From Lepidodermella squamata (taxonomy: Eukaryota > Animalia > Gastrotricha), in NCBI GenBank assembly GCA_047495785.1, contig JBLDXI010000030.1:1116001-1180000 (forward strand): 64,000 nt of DNA, read 5' to 3'. Below the pieces are notes generated by a model that searched no databases, was not told the DNA's origin, and was given only the letters and a program-made list of their open reading frames with translations. Of this stretch, positions 44,636-59,370 are shown piece after piece. The translations under genes were made by a program, and so were the position numbers. The number at the start of each line of letters is the position of its first letter. Position 1 is the stretch's first letter.

Positions 44636-45399
44636 ATGAATCACACCGCGATTTCCGGGTGTTGGATAAGGGCCGTCATTCCCGACACTGGATTCACTGA
44701 GGCGCGGCCCTATTTTGTAGGATCATTGCAATTTGTTGATGCCTCCTACGCAGACCGCTTGATTTTCACTTCTTTGCTGGGCTTTTTCACCTGCCTGATG
44801 GCTGTAACGACAACTTTGAATTGCTACGTTTATTACAAACGAGGGGTCAAGCGGGACTTTCTGATGCTGACTGCCATTTTGGGCGTTAGCAATTTCCTGT
44901 TTTGCCTACCGACATTCCTTGGCTCACTCGCAACGCTGGAAACAGGATTTTGGCAGGGCGATAACCGATCTTGTGTAGCGACTTATTACACTGTCATGGT
45001 TTTTGGATGTGTGAGTTTTTTTGACATGGCGATGTTTAGCTACGAACGGCGCATTTGCATCACCTCGAACAATGCCAACGCCAAACGGAATTCTATGAGA
45101 GTGAGTTTTGGTCACTTGAGAGCTCAGATCGCCCCTAACATACCTTTTTAGATATTGATGCTGGCGTTAAGTCCAATTCTGGTGTGCACGGCTCTGTTGT
45201 CTGTTGTCTTCATCTACCCGTTTCAAACCTACTCAGTCCAGTTCATCAGCTTGGCAAATGTCCAAAACGGAACTGCCATGCCATATTGCAGTATGTTTCC
45301 TCATCAATTGTATAACAGGGTCGATACAACGGTGATACATTTGTCTATCGTCGGTGGCATTTTCGCAATTGTCAGCACGGGACTAGCATACAACTACGG
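44636..45399 (+). CDS. rhodopsin-class (class A-like) orphan GPCR, exons 1-2 (TM1-TM5)
   Basis: Exon 44636-45100, 51-bp intron 45101-45151, exon 45152-45399. TM3 with N-terminal Cys and SYERRICI (DRY equivalent), ECL2 Cys, TM5 ending YNYG. Confidence 0.8.
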
Positions 45400-48300
45400 G
45401 TATTTTGAAACAATTCTTCCTACTATGTTGCTCTAGCATTAATTTTTTTTTTTACTGATCAGGATTATTTTCTTCAACATAGTGCCGCCGGCATTGCGTG
45501 GGGACTGATTTTTAAGAAACGACCTTATTTTATTAATTAGCAGGGGTTCATCTTTTCGAATTATAAATAAAAAAATATTTCGAACCACGGAAAAATATAA
45601 AAAGGCTTCCGTATTGGTCTTCACATAAATTTATTTATCAAATAACGCGCTATTTTGTAGGTTTGGCTGGCGTTTGGTAGTCGTTCGTGTTGCCCGCAGG
45701 TTGGGCTCATCAACTTAACTTCAAAACGTTGTTTGGAAGTGAATTGGTGCTGATTTTAAGTTGCGGCATTGTATATTTGATCAATTTTTGCTATTGTAGG
45801 CGGTAGTGGAGTGGTTAAGCAGCATATTTTTCAGATTTATCAGTTAGATCGGCTTGTTGCTGGCTGTTCTTCTGCAAATCCATGGCTCTAAAGATGAGCA
45901 AGCGTGTTTATGTCAGAATTAGGAGTGCGTTGCTGTGATTTGTAACTAATTTGTTTTAGGACACCACTATTTTCATTAGATTTCGGGGATTTTGTGCGGA
46001 GTAACTCTGATTCACATGTTAGATGCGATTGAGTTCTCATCTTGGAGATGGAGTTGCATGGATGCTCCTTGTTTATGTTGGCTTGGTATGAGAACACTAG
46101 AATTTTCTTTCTTAATGCTTTTCCATCTAAGAATTCAATCTAATTTTGCCCTAGGGTCTCTTTGCTGTCTTTCTAAAACCGAAGTTACGGCGTCGATGCA
46201 CTCGGACGTTATGTGTTATGTGCATTTGATGCTGGTAGGAGTCTCGACTGTTGCATTATTTTAATCTTGAACTTCTAGATATAACCGCTAATAACGGTCC
46301 GCTGGGTTTGTAATATCTCTGGGCCTCTCAGTCCAGGATTGAATGGATGATGGAAAATATATAAGGCAACATCTAAACTTGAAACGCCTTTCATTTAAAG
46401 TTAACTGAACTTTCATTAGGTCTTTCATCAGTTTCAGTCATTAGACAGATTATTTCCGAGATACTTATTTGGTAGCGCCAACGATATCCATCCAAACTCA
46501 CACTAGCTAATCACGAGCAAAATAACTAACGCTTGAAGCCGACAACAGAATGAAGAATGGGATGTTATAAACAAAACTTGTTAAGAGATGCCATGATAAA
46601 TTTATTTCATTTTGATTTCCGCCTTGCTTTGAAATGTATGATGATTATTTACGAAATTCAGTCGTGAGGTTAAATTGCGTTAATATCTCATGTATGTTTA
46701 GAGTAATAATTTACATCTTTTTCTTAGAATTACTCGATCAAACTTCAAATGGCTAGTCAAAAGGAGAATACGATGCGACTGATACGATCTATTCCTTGAG
46801 CAGTCGGCTCTTCAGGCGCTTGACTCGCGGCAGACTGGTCGAATCCGGGAGCGTGGTATGTTAGAATTTCAACTGTTGTCCAGCCGCAATAATTTTATTC
46901 CGATTATTTTCTCAGGTGGTCTGAGAAATGTCGAATATGTCGGATCTGTTGGCGCAAGAGAAATACCGTCTATAATCAAGCTCATATTTAACGTTGTCTT
47001 TGTTTCAATGTCGCGGTTAAACTGTTATTGAATTTCTAAATAATTTTTCGGGGTAAAAATGCCAATAAAATGTCGAAACCAAAAGTGTAATTTTTCTGTG
47101 AAAATCTGTTTAAATCCATCTTAATTATCGATTGAGTGGCCGTGGCCGATGGCAGATGATGACGAAGGATGGCCCACTGCTCTATATCTGACAGGTTTTC
47201 ATTCAGGCAGAGATTGAAGCAGAAGCTAACAAATGGCGAAAATATTTCATAACCACCAATAAAAGAACCCGGCCTTGGGACCGGTTCCGGGTAAAAACCG
47301 CGGAAGGCCTTTACAATGCTAGCATTGCCCTCAGGATTGTATACACCTATTAGCCGCAAATGAGAAATATTGCGAATATTCTCAAGCCCGCTATCGAAGG
47401 CGAAACTGTTTGAGCGAAAAAAAAGCCAGCAAAGAAATGATAATTTTTCGCATATTTCGTCGCCGCCGAAATTTTAAACTGACCAGGACAACTACAGCGT
47501 GTCCCATAAGTAACGCATGCAAAGAAAATACACGGTTCAGAAAATTTAAAATGAGAGGCGAAGTCACACCTCGTGGCCAGAAAATGTGTAGAAAAATTCA
47601 AAATATCACACGTAAGCAAGTATGCGTCACTTTAGATGGGATTAAAAATTCCGGAGAAATTGGTCCAACCCGGTAAAATACCGAAAATTACCGAACCAGT
47701 TACCATCGGGGTTTTCCGGGATTTCTCCGGTAAATCTTTTATTTCATCGGTTAAATCGCCGATAAAAGATGGAAATTCTCTCGGTAGGTTTGATTTAATA
47801 AAATTAATTAATTTTCTATTAAAAGTTGCCAAATTAAAAAAAGTTGCGCAAATTCTTGGACACTCTATATTTATCCACCTTAATATCGATTTCCCATGAA
47901 ACATCGTGAAACGATATTTTCATGCTTTCCGACAATGTTACTAAAATTCAAACGCTTTGAATTTTCGTTGAATTTAGGGTTATTAAGTTTTCGAAAATGT
48001 AGGGAAAAATTGCATGGAACCGTGAAAAATGCAGCGTGGCATTGCGGGACTTTCCATAGATATATTAAAAAAGGAAAAAATCCATTGAAACTGCCCACAC
48101 GTCGGATGAAGGAATGCCTAATAAATGGTAAGAGCTGACTTTTCACCTGAGTGGAAAGAAATTGAGGTTTTAAGATACGTGTAGTCCCAGTTTTTAAATT
48201 TCGCGTCGAAAATCTCACTCAGAAAAAATCAGCACTGTTTGTGTGACAAGCTTATGGCACTTCTGTCTTTGAGTTTAATTTAAAAGCGATTAAGAGTCAC

Positions 48301-51300
48301 GTGACTAGTGTGGCTGTGTTAATGACGCAACAATGAAGGCAGGCGCCCTTCTAAACGGAGGGTCGTGATTTTTTTTGGATTTCTCCTTAAATAGAGGTGA
48401 TTTTCTCGGTCAGTTTGTAAAATTTTCGAATTTTGAACATATCCTAAGATTCCTCTGCTCTTACATTATAATATCACTTAGGAATAGCTTTAGAATACAT
48501 TTTACCATTAAAATGCTGGCTGAAATACCTGTAATATATGCCCATTTTGAGGATTGTTCTGGTTGCTTGTTGACCATTGTTTAGCGATTTTAAGCGATTT
48601 TAACCGGATTTTCGAGCGATATATAGTTGCTAGCAGTCGTGGCAATTAGATTGTCGAGAAAAAACGGATGCCGAAGCATTAAAACTGGCAGAAATGTACC
48701 TTTGACGTAAGTGAAAAAGCAATAAAAACTGCCTTTTTCACGCACAAATTTTCAATCTGTGCTCTGCCCATGTGTTTTTTTAAATAATCGGTCAGTGAGA
48801 ATTTTGCACAATGCTATTTTGCGAGAGAGTAATTTTGTGCATTTGTGCGAAGCGATTTTAGATTTGTGCGATTTTAGATTTTGGAACATAGAATTTTGTT
48901 AGAAATGCCCAACTTTACAAAATTCATTCGCCTGGCAATTAATATCCTGAAATCAAGGGTATCGATCTACATTCCGATAAATATTCCTAGGTATTTCAAA
49001 CTATCTTCGCTTAATTTATTGATTTTCGAATTATTTTTATGAAATTCCCCGGCAACTTGCATTTGCGTCCATCCGTTCGGTTTATGTTTTATCAATAAGT
49101 TTTAACTTTTGAAGCTGTTCAGTATTGATTGCCAGCGACGCCAGAAATTTTAGATGGTTTATTATTTTATTATTATTTTTTATTGCACCGAATTTATCAG
49201 TTTCGTCTCTAATATTCGTCTGACCCCATTGGTTATGGCATCTGGCTATGGCATATTAAGTCTAGATTTTGACAGCGTGACAATTCTTTACATTTGCCAA
49301 TACAAGGAAGCTGAAAATTCCTGCGAATGACCGGAATGAATCAGTACAATTTGTTTAATATTTATAAAATTAATTGCCGTTCACGCTTGCAGCTTAAATT
49401 GTTACATGCTATTTTAAAAGAAATTTTTTTGATTTTTTTTTCCCAATTTGCCTTCCATTTTTTCTACGTGGCGTTTTTGGTCTTCATGTCATAGCTCATC
49501 CCATTTGATCCACGGATAATTTCTGCTGCCAGCCGCCGCAGCTGACCAGGTCATACGTTGAGGCCGTGACCTAATTATGCCGCCGTAAAAGGTGTAATAA
49601 TTCGCGCACTCGTTTTATTACCTATCAGGTTATGATGTTTGTTTGTGCGTGTGCGTGTAGAAAGAACCGATTTTCCTCGTCGACCTCCTGCGCTATGCAA
49701 TTTCAGCATCCGTAGATTTCCATTTAAATATTAAATATTTCGATAATTTTTGAGTTTTGATTTTTTTGTTATTCTAGACCACCAGATTAGCATTTAATTA
49801 TTATTGTGTTATTCACTCCCGCCCGTGGCTGCCTCAATTTTCGGCATTATTTGTCCTTCATCGGTCACTGCTTGCCTGGCTGCTAATACTTGGTACGTTT
49901 CACCTTCTGCTTCAGGGGAAGAATCAAATCAAATCATTACCCATTTTGTTGTGTGACAGAATTTCCGAGCTATCACTTTTTTCCCGAATTTTTTCCTGAT
50001 AATATTGAGGAATTTTTGCGACATGGGAATTTATTGATAACATCGAAATATAATTCGTGTTAAATTCTTCTGCTGCACCCGATGGAGCCCGTTTACTCGC
50101 GGGTAATTTCGCGATAGCTAAGGTGAACAGAATTTCAAGTTTCGTTGGTTTTTCGATTTTTCCAATTTTTCATCTGTTATATCAGTAAATTTATCAATTT
50201 AAGAAGTAGTCAGCCTAGTGAATAGCCATGATTGAACTGGTATCTGGAAATTCGCCGGAGCGTTGTGTTGATCGCCGATGATCACCTGCATTTTGTTATT
50301 TTATTTCAATTTTCCTGTATTTTTTTATATTCCCGCAATTTTTTGTTCTCAGACCGCTCGCGTCCTTAATTTGTAGCGTGCATGAAAATGTAAGTAATGG
50401 AGATCATTGTGGCTCGGAGATGACGCAAGATCAGATTGTTCTCGACTTAGTTTCATAAAACCCCTGTTACACAACAGAGGAAAGCGTTCCATATAAGCAA
50501 TTTTATTCCTTCATTTCTCCATTATTTTCTATTAATTTCTCGAAATCGTTAGGCAGCTTTTGATGCAACGCTCTGCGCTCACCTCTTTGCTGCAATGCTG
50601 CAGTGCTGCAATGCGACTGCTACCTAATGCGGGTAACTTTTATCCCACTCAGATGACCCACCTCAATGAATTATTTTTAGCTGCCGTTAATGCTGTTGCT
50701 CTAACCAGTCGCTCATCAACTTCGCCTCACCGCGACTACATGTCGGATTGCTCGGATTGAATTATTGGATAATTCCAACAATCGTGTTCAATCAAATTTC
50801 GGATTATTTTTGATATCAGTTCAGACTTGGCTTGCGTTAGAAATGAAATATTTGTGTGGCATGGTTAATAAAATATTGCCCAATCATTGGGCGTCCAAAG
50901 GCTTATGACTTTTAATTTTGCAACCAGCATTGATGATACTTGATTAATTGCTCGGAGCAGGTAAATTTTATTTGCGCATGATTTGCCTGATGGTAATCGA
51001 ATCCGGAGGGACAGTATAAGCCACTAATTTTGAACGCCAACATTCCATAAATCACGGTCTAGCATTTCAAGATTCGCCCATAAAATTTTCTCGAATTTTG
51101 CAGCAAAGAATCTCCGAGGGCAAAAATCTGAGAGCACATTTCAGTTGAGCTATTGTTTATAAAATTCAAGAGAATAATCGCCACGTCTTGCTGTTTTTTG
51201 ACCCAAAGTAGGAAAATCTCATTTGTTCCCGTCATGCTTCATCTAAGAAAAATTCTTATTAAATCCATGTAATGCCTAGGAATATTCGCGAATAAATATT

Positions 51301-53031
51301 GAGACTTCCCGATTGGTTATCACCGTTTTAATCATAAATTCACAAATCAGCATCTCGTCATAATTGATACAGGCTTGTGCAGTGGACATTGATTTCGGTT
51401 TGAAAGGCTTAAGATATTGAAGATGTGAAACACAGCGTATCAGAAAACTCGTAAATGCGATTTCGGCGAAACTAGACCGGTTGATTAACTTCACTGGCTC
51501 AATGGCTTGAATGAAACAGGATAAACGGGCTGTCCGTATCTGATCCAAATCTAATCTGAATTTGCGGAAAAATAGGGAATATTTCATATTTTGTTTATTT
51601 GGTTCGGTATTTTTATTTTTCCGTTTCTGAGGCCGTTTACGAGTCAGAAAGAAATGAGTTGAAAAAGCAGGAGTTTTTGTAACTCCATGGGTAATTCAGC
51701 TAAAGTATTTAGTTTACATATCCTGGGATATATTTTTGCTAACCGGAATTATTTCATTTTTTCTAACTTATGAATTATTTTTTCATTTTTTATTAGATTC
51801 TTGAATCTGACGGTCCTTCATGTTTCATTCCTTCATCCGGCTGTTGTTAAGGCACCGCGGTTTTCATGCATCCGTCGCCTTGATGGAGTGATCATCAGTC
51901 CGAAAATCTGCCCCCCGAATCAAATATGCGTTCAAATTCCTGCTGAAAAATTTCGAATCGAACGGCTGGTAGCCAGGAGGCGCTGGCTACAACACTGTGC
52001 ATCTGCTTATCGTGTACTTTGACGGCATCTCATTTTCGAAATAACGCCGGCCTGCCGATCGAATGCTATTGTCCCGATGTTTTGTCAGATCGGTCGCTAT
52101 TTCGCATCTCGTTATCGCTGGAAAGAAATGATTTCTTCTGGAATTCTCGAACTGATTCAGCTCAGAATGCAGCGATCACAAGCCGAATCACTCCTGGAAC
52201 CATTCACAAAGGTTAGAAAAGTTGAAAATATTTTCTCCTATATCGGGAAATTTTATAAAAAATTCGGGTTCGATTCGGGTTTGTCGATGTCTAAGCGCGA
52301 TTTCAGGTGATAAATTTTTGTAAACCTCTGCTGAGCATGTTTTCGCATTTTTACCGAAAATAAATTCCAACACTGTGATAATGATTTTCCTAAAATTTGA
52401 AAAATGCGAAAAATATAAATAAGTTTTTGATTTCTAATTTTTCTTTCTGGAAAGTTTCATTTTCCAGAAATTCACGATTTGATCCATAAGTACCCCAGTT
52501 GCTAATGGCTGCTCATCCCAAATAGTAGCCCAGGGTTGAGGGGTCAAGTCGGTTCGACGACATTACAAATTAACGATTCAACTGACATTAGTTTTCGAAT
52601 TTTTTAAATTTTATCGAAAATTTATGTTGAAACTGAAGCGCAGTTTTCACCTAGCCTTGCCGTCCGAAATATTGAAACGATTTTTGTTCCGAAATCAGAC
52701 AAAGTATCAAGAGTATCACGGTTTTTCCGGAGCCATTTTTTTCAGCGTGAGATGCCCCCTCAAATTTAGAAAATTTAGTAAAAATGTCTTGTTTTAGTTA
52801 TTTTCCTAATTTTAGTTTAATTTTTTCAACTGGCTTTACAATTAGCTGAACTCGCATCCTTTGAAAAAGATGAATGGCGCATGATTGTTGAAAATTATGA
52901 ATTATTCGGAAAAAGCAGAATCTTCAACTGTGGGGGTGGGTAAGGATCAATCTTCAATCTTTGCCTACCTTCGCACTCTTCAAAACCGGAACCGGTATAA
53001 TGACGTACAGTCTAGGAGAGGCTAAATGAAA

Positions 53032-53032
53032 C

Positions 53033-53069
<37 letters not shown>
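53032..53069. repeat. (TAT)n microsatellite
   Basis: Direct trinucleotide run. Confidence 0.9.
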
Positions 53070-54134
53070 TTCAACTGGTGAAATTGTTAGGAATGGCCAG
53101 GTGATTTTTGGCCTTAACATCGATGTCTGAGATTATTTAGTCATATTAGTTAAAACAAATAAAACAAATGAAGGAAAATGTAATTCGGACAGGCTGGAGA
53201 ATTTTAATGGGTTCGAAAATTCACATACTGTTAGGATGTTCAAGGAAAATTGAAAAATGCTCATGCTGCGTCAACTCACAGCTCATATTTTCAAATTTTT
53301 GCCGCTGTTATCAGAGTTTCCTAAGCTGACATGGGAATGTTTGAAGACGCCTAATAATTATATTCATTCTCCTCATTCCTACCCACTTTCTTCAGCTATT
53401 TTTAGGGCCTGTAGAAAGTTCAGGACCTTTGACCTTTTTTATATTTCGCCGAAATGGAAGTATCATCTCGCGCAGCATCTTACATTTTTTGAATAAATTC
53501 AGCGTCCAGCTCCTTTTATTTTCACCTTAGACGGTTGAAGAGGTCTGATCCAAAATTTTTAGTCGATAAATTTAGAGACATTCTTAACGCGAAACCTGAA
53601 CGGAACTGATACTATCATGGCACTCTGATACTCTACTGCGGCTGCACTTTTTTTTCACTATCGAGCTTCTTGCCTGGATATCATGCTCATTAAATAAAAT
53701 AAAATAATAAACATAAACGTAAAAAAATATCACCGTGTTCCTCCTGAAGATATCTATCTGATGACATTTGGTTTTTAATACTCTGGCCATTATCGCCAAT
53801 CGACGGTTGGAATTTTGATTTTTTCGATTTTAAGCCTAAAAGAAATAGATAAATCAGCAGACGATCTAGCGCCCATGTTCAGAATTGATGAACGCCGAAA
53901 ATATAATCTAGCCTAAAAAGTTTCGATTTTAGTTCCGATTTGAGGGATAATCAGGGCCGACAACAATTTAATGAAAGACCAGTCATACCTTTGTGGCTGG
54001 TCCACAAAATTCGGACGAAATTCCGGTTTCTTTGCCAGAAAATTATGGACATTTTCGTATGAGTCTCGAACTTCTCAATTAGTATTTATTCACGAAACAG
54101 CCTATATCATGTTATATATAGCTATTTTGTCTTA

Positions 54135-56370
54135 TTTTCAGATGATTTTTAAATTATTCGAGTCGATTGAAAAGTGGGAAATTCTCGCGCTCAGCACCTG
54201 CGAGCGTGGCATCATTACGACTACGGCGAGCGTGACATAACAACACCAGTGTCGACAACCACTGGCCCTTGCAACTCGAGAAAGACGAGAGCGTGTTATC
54301 CTAGTAACAAGGATTGCTCGGGTTGACGAGGGAACTGGCTCCGATGTCATGCGTCGAGATCCAATCAGCATGTCCATCCATGAATCGGTAAGAATTTTCT
54401 TATTCGTTTTTCATCTGATTGGCAAAATTATCAGATTCAGAGGTAGATCCGCACGGTATATTCGTTCAGTGGAATTTTGCGCGCGTAATGCTTCCGCATG
54501 GAATAATGAGTGATGGGAATTTTGCGCGTAAATTCGTGCTAACGCCGGATGACTTGTCTAGGCGTTAAGGTCGCCCTGATCTAACGCTTAATTATGGCTA
54601 TAATGTAGAGGAATTTTCCTAACGTCTCGTTAACGTGTAATAAATGCCTGGTTTTACGGTTGATTAGTCTTGGATGGGCTGAGTTTCAGGAATTATTTTG
54701 GCATTTTCCAAAAGCATTTCCAGGAATCTTTCGACTAAGGCTTGATAATTCTTGACTATTCAAAAACCAGGAATTTTTGCCGTTATTCACGCATTTCCCC
54801 GTCAGACTAACGTTATGTCCGAAGGCATTTGCAGGCGTTAAAATAGATCCACCTTAACGCGTTAGCTTGCTTAGAGTGGTGTTGCGATGATTAACAAACT
54901 ATTTTTGTCTGTGATCTCCATAGAGCTATTTTTAAGATAGAGGTCCTACTCCTGACTTGTTGGAAAAGTAAACAAATCAGGCGATTTTTTGATTCCCGAT
55001 GTCTCATTCATATGGTAATTTCCTTGACGAAAAATTTGGTGGTACCAGATAGCGCTTCAAATGGGGAACACTGCGATTATTTTTTCGAAATTTTCAGAGA
55101 AATTTAGAGCAGGTAAAAAACAATTATTTGATTTCGAATAAATGGAAATTAACTAATAATTAGATCGAAAATCGAAATTGAAGCATGTTTCGAATTTAGT
55201 GGATTATCCTGATCACACTCTACATTTTGATGCTTGGGGCGAGCTTGGACGATTTCTTTCTGATTTTCTATAATTTTATAAATTATTCTGCTTGGATTTT
55301 ACATTATAAAAATCGAGATTGCCCGTTGGGTTCAATCCAGAATCTTTCTTGACAGCTTGTGCGCCACGTGTGGCTGAGTTGAGTCCGGAGCTGGAACAGA
55401 TTTCGAATGCAGCGAAAAACCATTCATTCAATGAATAAAGAAATTCCAGAAAATCAGGAAAAATTCGTCCAAGCTCTCTCTAAGCACTGAAATGTGGAGC
55501 TTGATCAGATCTACCTGGTCCGTTATACGCTTCAATTTCGCTGCCACATTGGCAGCTGTCATGTTTTATTATTGATTAATTTCCTTTTTATGCGATTTTC
55601 CCCATTTCAAAAAAATATTGAAATTTCGGAAAAATAATCGATGTGCTCGTCGTTTCAAGAGCCATCTCGAACCGCCGGGTATGATTGATTGTAATCAATC
55701 GTTTACGAATAACGAGCGATCGAAACTCACCTGATTTGTTTACTTTTCCAACCACTCGACGCTGATTCATCCATCCGGCGCCCATGGCGTTTACAGGCTT
55801 AGTCAGGAGTAGGACCTCTATCTTAAAACTAGCTCTATGGTGATCTCTCGTGCGAAAAAATCCTCTCTAAAATAAAAGTTGTGCGGAACATTCCGCTTAA
55901 ATAATATTTCAGATATAAATTTAAAATTGTGGCTTCACGCGGAAAATTCCACTCAATTTGCGAGAAAAATATGGAAATTTTCGTATGCATCTCGAACTTC
56001 GGACTTCTCGACTAAAATTCCATCATGAAAAAACCCACGTAATTAAACCTATTTTCTTTTATTTTCAGATGCCGCATTTCAATTTTCCGAGTCGATTGAA
56101 AAGTGTTACATTCTCGCGCTCAACACAGTGAACAGCGAACGTTGCCTCCACAGAATGCGCCAGCACGACTACGGCGAGCGTGACAACAGCACCAGGGTCG
56201 CCAACCACCGGCGCCACCACCGGCCCAAGTAACCCATCAAAGAGGATCGCGTGTTATTCGGGTAGCAGGAATGTTAATTGAATGATTGGTTGACGAGGGC
56301 GCTGGCTCTATCATCCGTCGAGATCTAGTCAACATGCCTCATCGATGAATTGGTAAGAATTTGCTTATTT
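54135..56370 (+). repeat. two diverged copies (about 54135-54430 and 56063-56390) of an exon-like ~270-bp unit
   Basis: Shared blocks CGAGTCGATTGAAAAGTG, ATTCTCGCGCTCA, ACGACTACGGCGAGCGTGACA, GGTTGACGAGGG. Both are bounded by TTTTCAG and GTAAGAATTT. Confidence 0.75.
54919..55839. mobile_element. non-autonomous TIR element with 8-bp TSD (P-element-like CATAG termini)
   Basis: ~39-bp TIR CATAGAGCTA.TTTTAAGATAGAGGTCCTACTCCTGACT with perfect TSD GTGATCTC (54911-54918, 55840-55847). Confidence 0.88.
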
Positions 56371-57715
56371 TTACCTGATGGACAAAATTAGCAGCCGATT
56401 ACCTTTTTAATTATCATTTATCATCGAAAAAAATGTGCTAGATCTTCGATGAAACCAGATTAAGTTAATTGAAAAACCATAGACCTAATTTCCGATTAAT
56501 TCCGATCGAGATTTAGTCGAGGAAACCGCGACTAAATCTCGCGTTGTCTTGTTTGTTTCCCCGGTAAATCATTGAGAACAGGTACTGAAGGCTATTATGC
56601 GTCAGTATTAGGAAAATGAGTTTATTCCGAATTTATCAATTGAGAAAAATCGCGGGTAGAGGTATGGCATGCCGCTGTCTTTGCTATGAATTTTTCACAT
56701 TTTTCCACCAGTCAAAAAAATTAATCTAACCTGTCAAAAATCAAAAATCAAATATTCTGTGAACGAAGGCTTCTCATTTCGCTGGCTTTGGTACCCCTTT
56801 TTCAAGTTTTTTCAAGTTTACCGCCCTCTCAATAAACTATACCGGGTCCAAAATCAGGAAAAGTCGTGAATAAAGACATCCTCATTCGATCCCCTCGTTA
56901 TCAATTTTTCACTTTTTTCCGCCCGCTCAGAAATATAAAAAATATGAACGTCAAATAATCGGGAATAATTACCGGATTTTATGCTCACCTTTTTGCGGTC
57001 AATTTTCCCCTAATAATATGTTTTCAATGCTAAATGCAAACTTTCTGAACGCCTTGAAATCGAATTGTATTGTTATGAATTGAGACCGACTATTTTTGGA
57101 CACCCTAAACTCCATTTTGCCCTATGTTACTCAGGATAAATAACCCCCGATTATTCTAAATAGTTTTCTGATATTTAGCAATTCGGAATTGTTGTAATTT
57201 TTATCCTAAATAACCGGCCGTGCTAAATAGCGAACTTTTTTTTATATATTGAAGCTTTTTCCCGGTTTTCCCTGGTAAATGTTGTTATTCCTTCGGTGAA
57301 ATTGCGGATCAAGGACGTGGCTGGGGGTTAATGAGAGGTCGAATAATTTAGAAAAATATTCCAATTTCCTGCGAAACTTTGAAATATTAGAAAGCTACCA
57401 ACTTCGCTATGAAAAAAGCCGTGAAGAGCTGCATACCTTAATTAGATCTTAGATGAAATCGAACTGTTTTTTTCCGCTCGCTGTTTTTTTAATAAGACTA
57501 GAGTTCAGAGGCCATCTAAGGTAGATTTTATACAATTTGAAGACCTAATGTTAGCCTTGGAGCATCGATACTCTGTCTACAATCACTTTAAATTAAGGAC
57601 TTTCTGTGTTGATTTTTCCAATTTATTGTTTTTCATCGTTCTTTATAGATGGCGGGTCGCTATCCGACGCCGCTGAAAATTGGGACTTGTCCACCTCAAC
57701 ATCGTTGCCATCTAG

Positions 57716-57763
57716 AGTGGGCACAAATCGGCGAAGTGGGCACAAATCGGCGAAGTGGGCACA
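57716..57763 (+). repeat. 19-bp tandem repeat (about 2.5 units)
   Basis: Unit AGTGGGCACAAATCGGCGA. Confidence 0.8.
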
Positions 57764-58696
57764 GCAGTGTGGCCTAGCAACGCAAAAGCAGAAGCAGGCC
57801 CCTATGTCTGCAAGTTTTCTACTCAGCCGGATTTGAAATCGAATGGCGACCCGATCAAGATTCTGGCTGTGATATCAGACGCCAACTTTCGTCGGCATCG
57901 ATCAATGACCCATCGGTAATTATTTCCTCTGTTTTTTCAGGCTTCTTGAATTTGAAAATTTTCATTTTGAATTTTCAAAAATTGCAAATTTGAAACAAAT
58001 CGGTATTTCATTTTGTCATCGCTCGGTCGTTTTTAGGACACATTTCGAGAAAGGTGATCACTAATGATTAATAAAATTAGCCTTAGAATTATAATAATTG
58101 GAAGGTTTCGAGAATTTTTCCTTTAGAATTTTAGAATCATATAGGCATGGCGTTAAACCCCTTTTCCCGTGAGTAGACAGTCTATACTAATATTATGTCG
58201 TATGTTAAGAATTAATGAACGTCGAAAAACTAATCTAGCCGCAATTAAATAATTCAGACCCATGAATATTTTTTCCCGGGTAGATTGGCTTGATCGGTTT
58301 ACTTTCATTGGCACAAATGAACAAATGAAAATGTTTTATTTTGCGTCCACCTTCGGCTAAAAGTGATGGTAATATATATATACAAGCCTTACCCGTGAGG
58401 GTTTAGGGGACAAGTTCCCTAAAAATTGATATTCCCATTCAAGTGATGAATTATGACTGACAAAAATTGAATGAAAGACCGATCATAATTTTTCGGCTAA
58501 CATGAGAGGTTTCAAATTGTACAATGTCCACAACGTTGAACAAAATTCCGGCTTCTTTGCGAGATATTTATGAAAAATTTCGTATGGGCCTCCAACATGA
58601 CGATTTATTTGTTAAAATTCCTGGGTTCCTGGACGTTGACTCTGACTCTCCGAAAATTGCATATAACAGGCGATGCCTTGCTTTCAACCAGGAATA

Positions 58697-59100
58697 CCGT
58701 ATTTTACGAATTATAAGACCCTGCCCTGTATTTAGGGTCTGGCCTTTAATTTTTCGGGCCTAATCAGCCATCTGAAGAGTACTTACATTAACTGTTAAAA
58801 CAGCCGAGTAACAGCTATATAGCTACTGCTTTCCACTTTCCACCTGTGACTACACGCGTGAAGTGTTTGCTCAAGTGGATTAAGGTGGATAAAGGACGAT
58901 TAGTGCGCTTACTGACGAAAAATCGCAACCTATCCAACTTTAACCACTTACCCAGCAGGCGCTCATGTAAGCCACTTCATACAAGGCCCTGGCTATTAAT
59001 ACGGTTCTGCCCTTTATTATTTCAAATGACCATTACCCTCTGCCCTTTATTCCGGTTCTGCCCTATATTTGGGTCCTGCCTAATAATTCGTAAAATACGG
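58697..59100. mobile_element. Tc1/mariner-pogo type MITE
   Basis: TA|CCGTATTTTACGAATTAT...ATAATTCGTAAAATACGG|TA. Confidence 0.85.
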
Positions 59101-59370
59101 TAGTAATCGGGAAAAATTTACTCGTCACAATTTTGCATTTTCGCTATATCAATTTTTCACCTATTTCGCCCTCTCTAAATCAAATACAACCAGTCCAAAA
59201 TCGGGAAAATTCGTGAATAAATAATTCTTTATTAGATGCCCTCGTTAGCGATTTTGTCAAATTTCGCGTGCTAAAAAGGATATCGCGTGCTAAAAGCAAC
59301 TTGATTTTTACACCTTTTAAATAAAAACTCAACAAATAATTTTTTACTATACTGGCATCGAGCCAGCACT

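Noticed and set aside
45900-46700. Possible decayed LINE fragment on the minus strand
   Set aside because: Only faint motif-like remnants with many stops; not supportable.
47036-53800. Short ORFs in the 47-54 kb region
   Set aside because: AT-rich, no domains or consistent exon chain; treated as intronic or intergenic.
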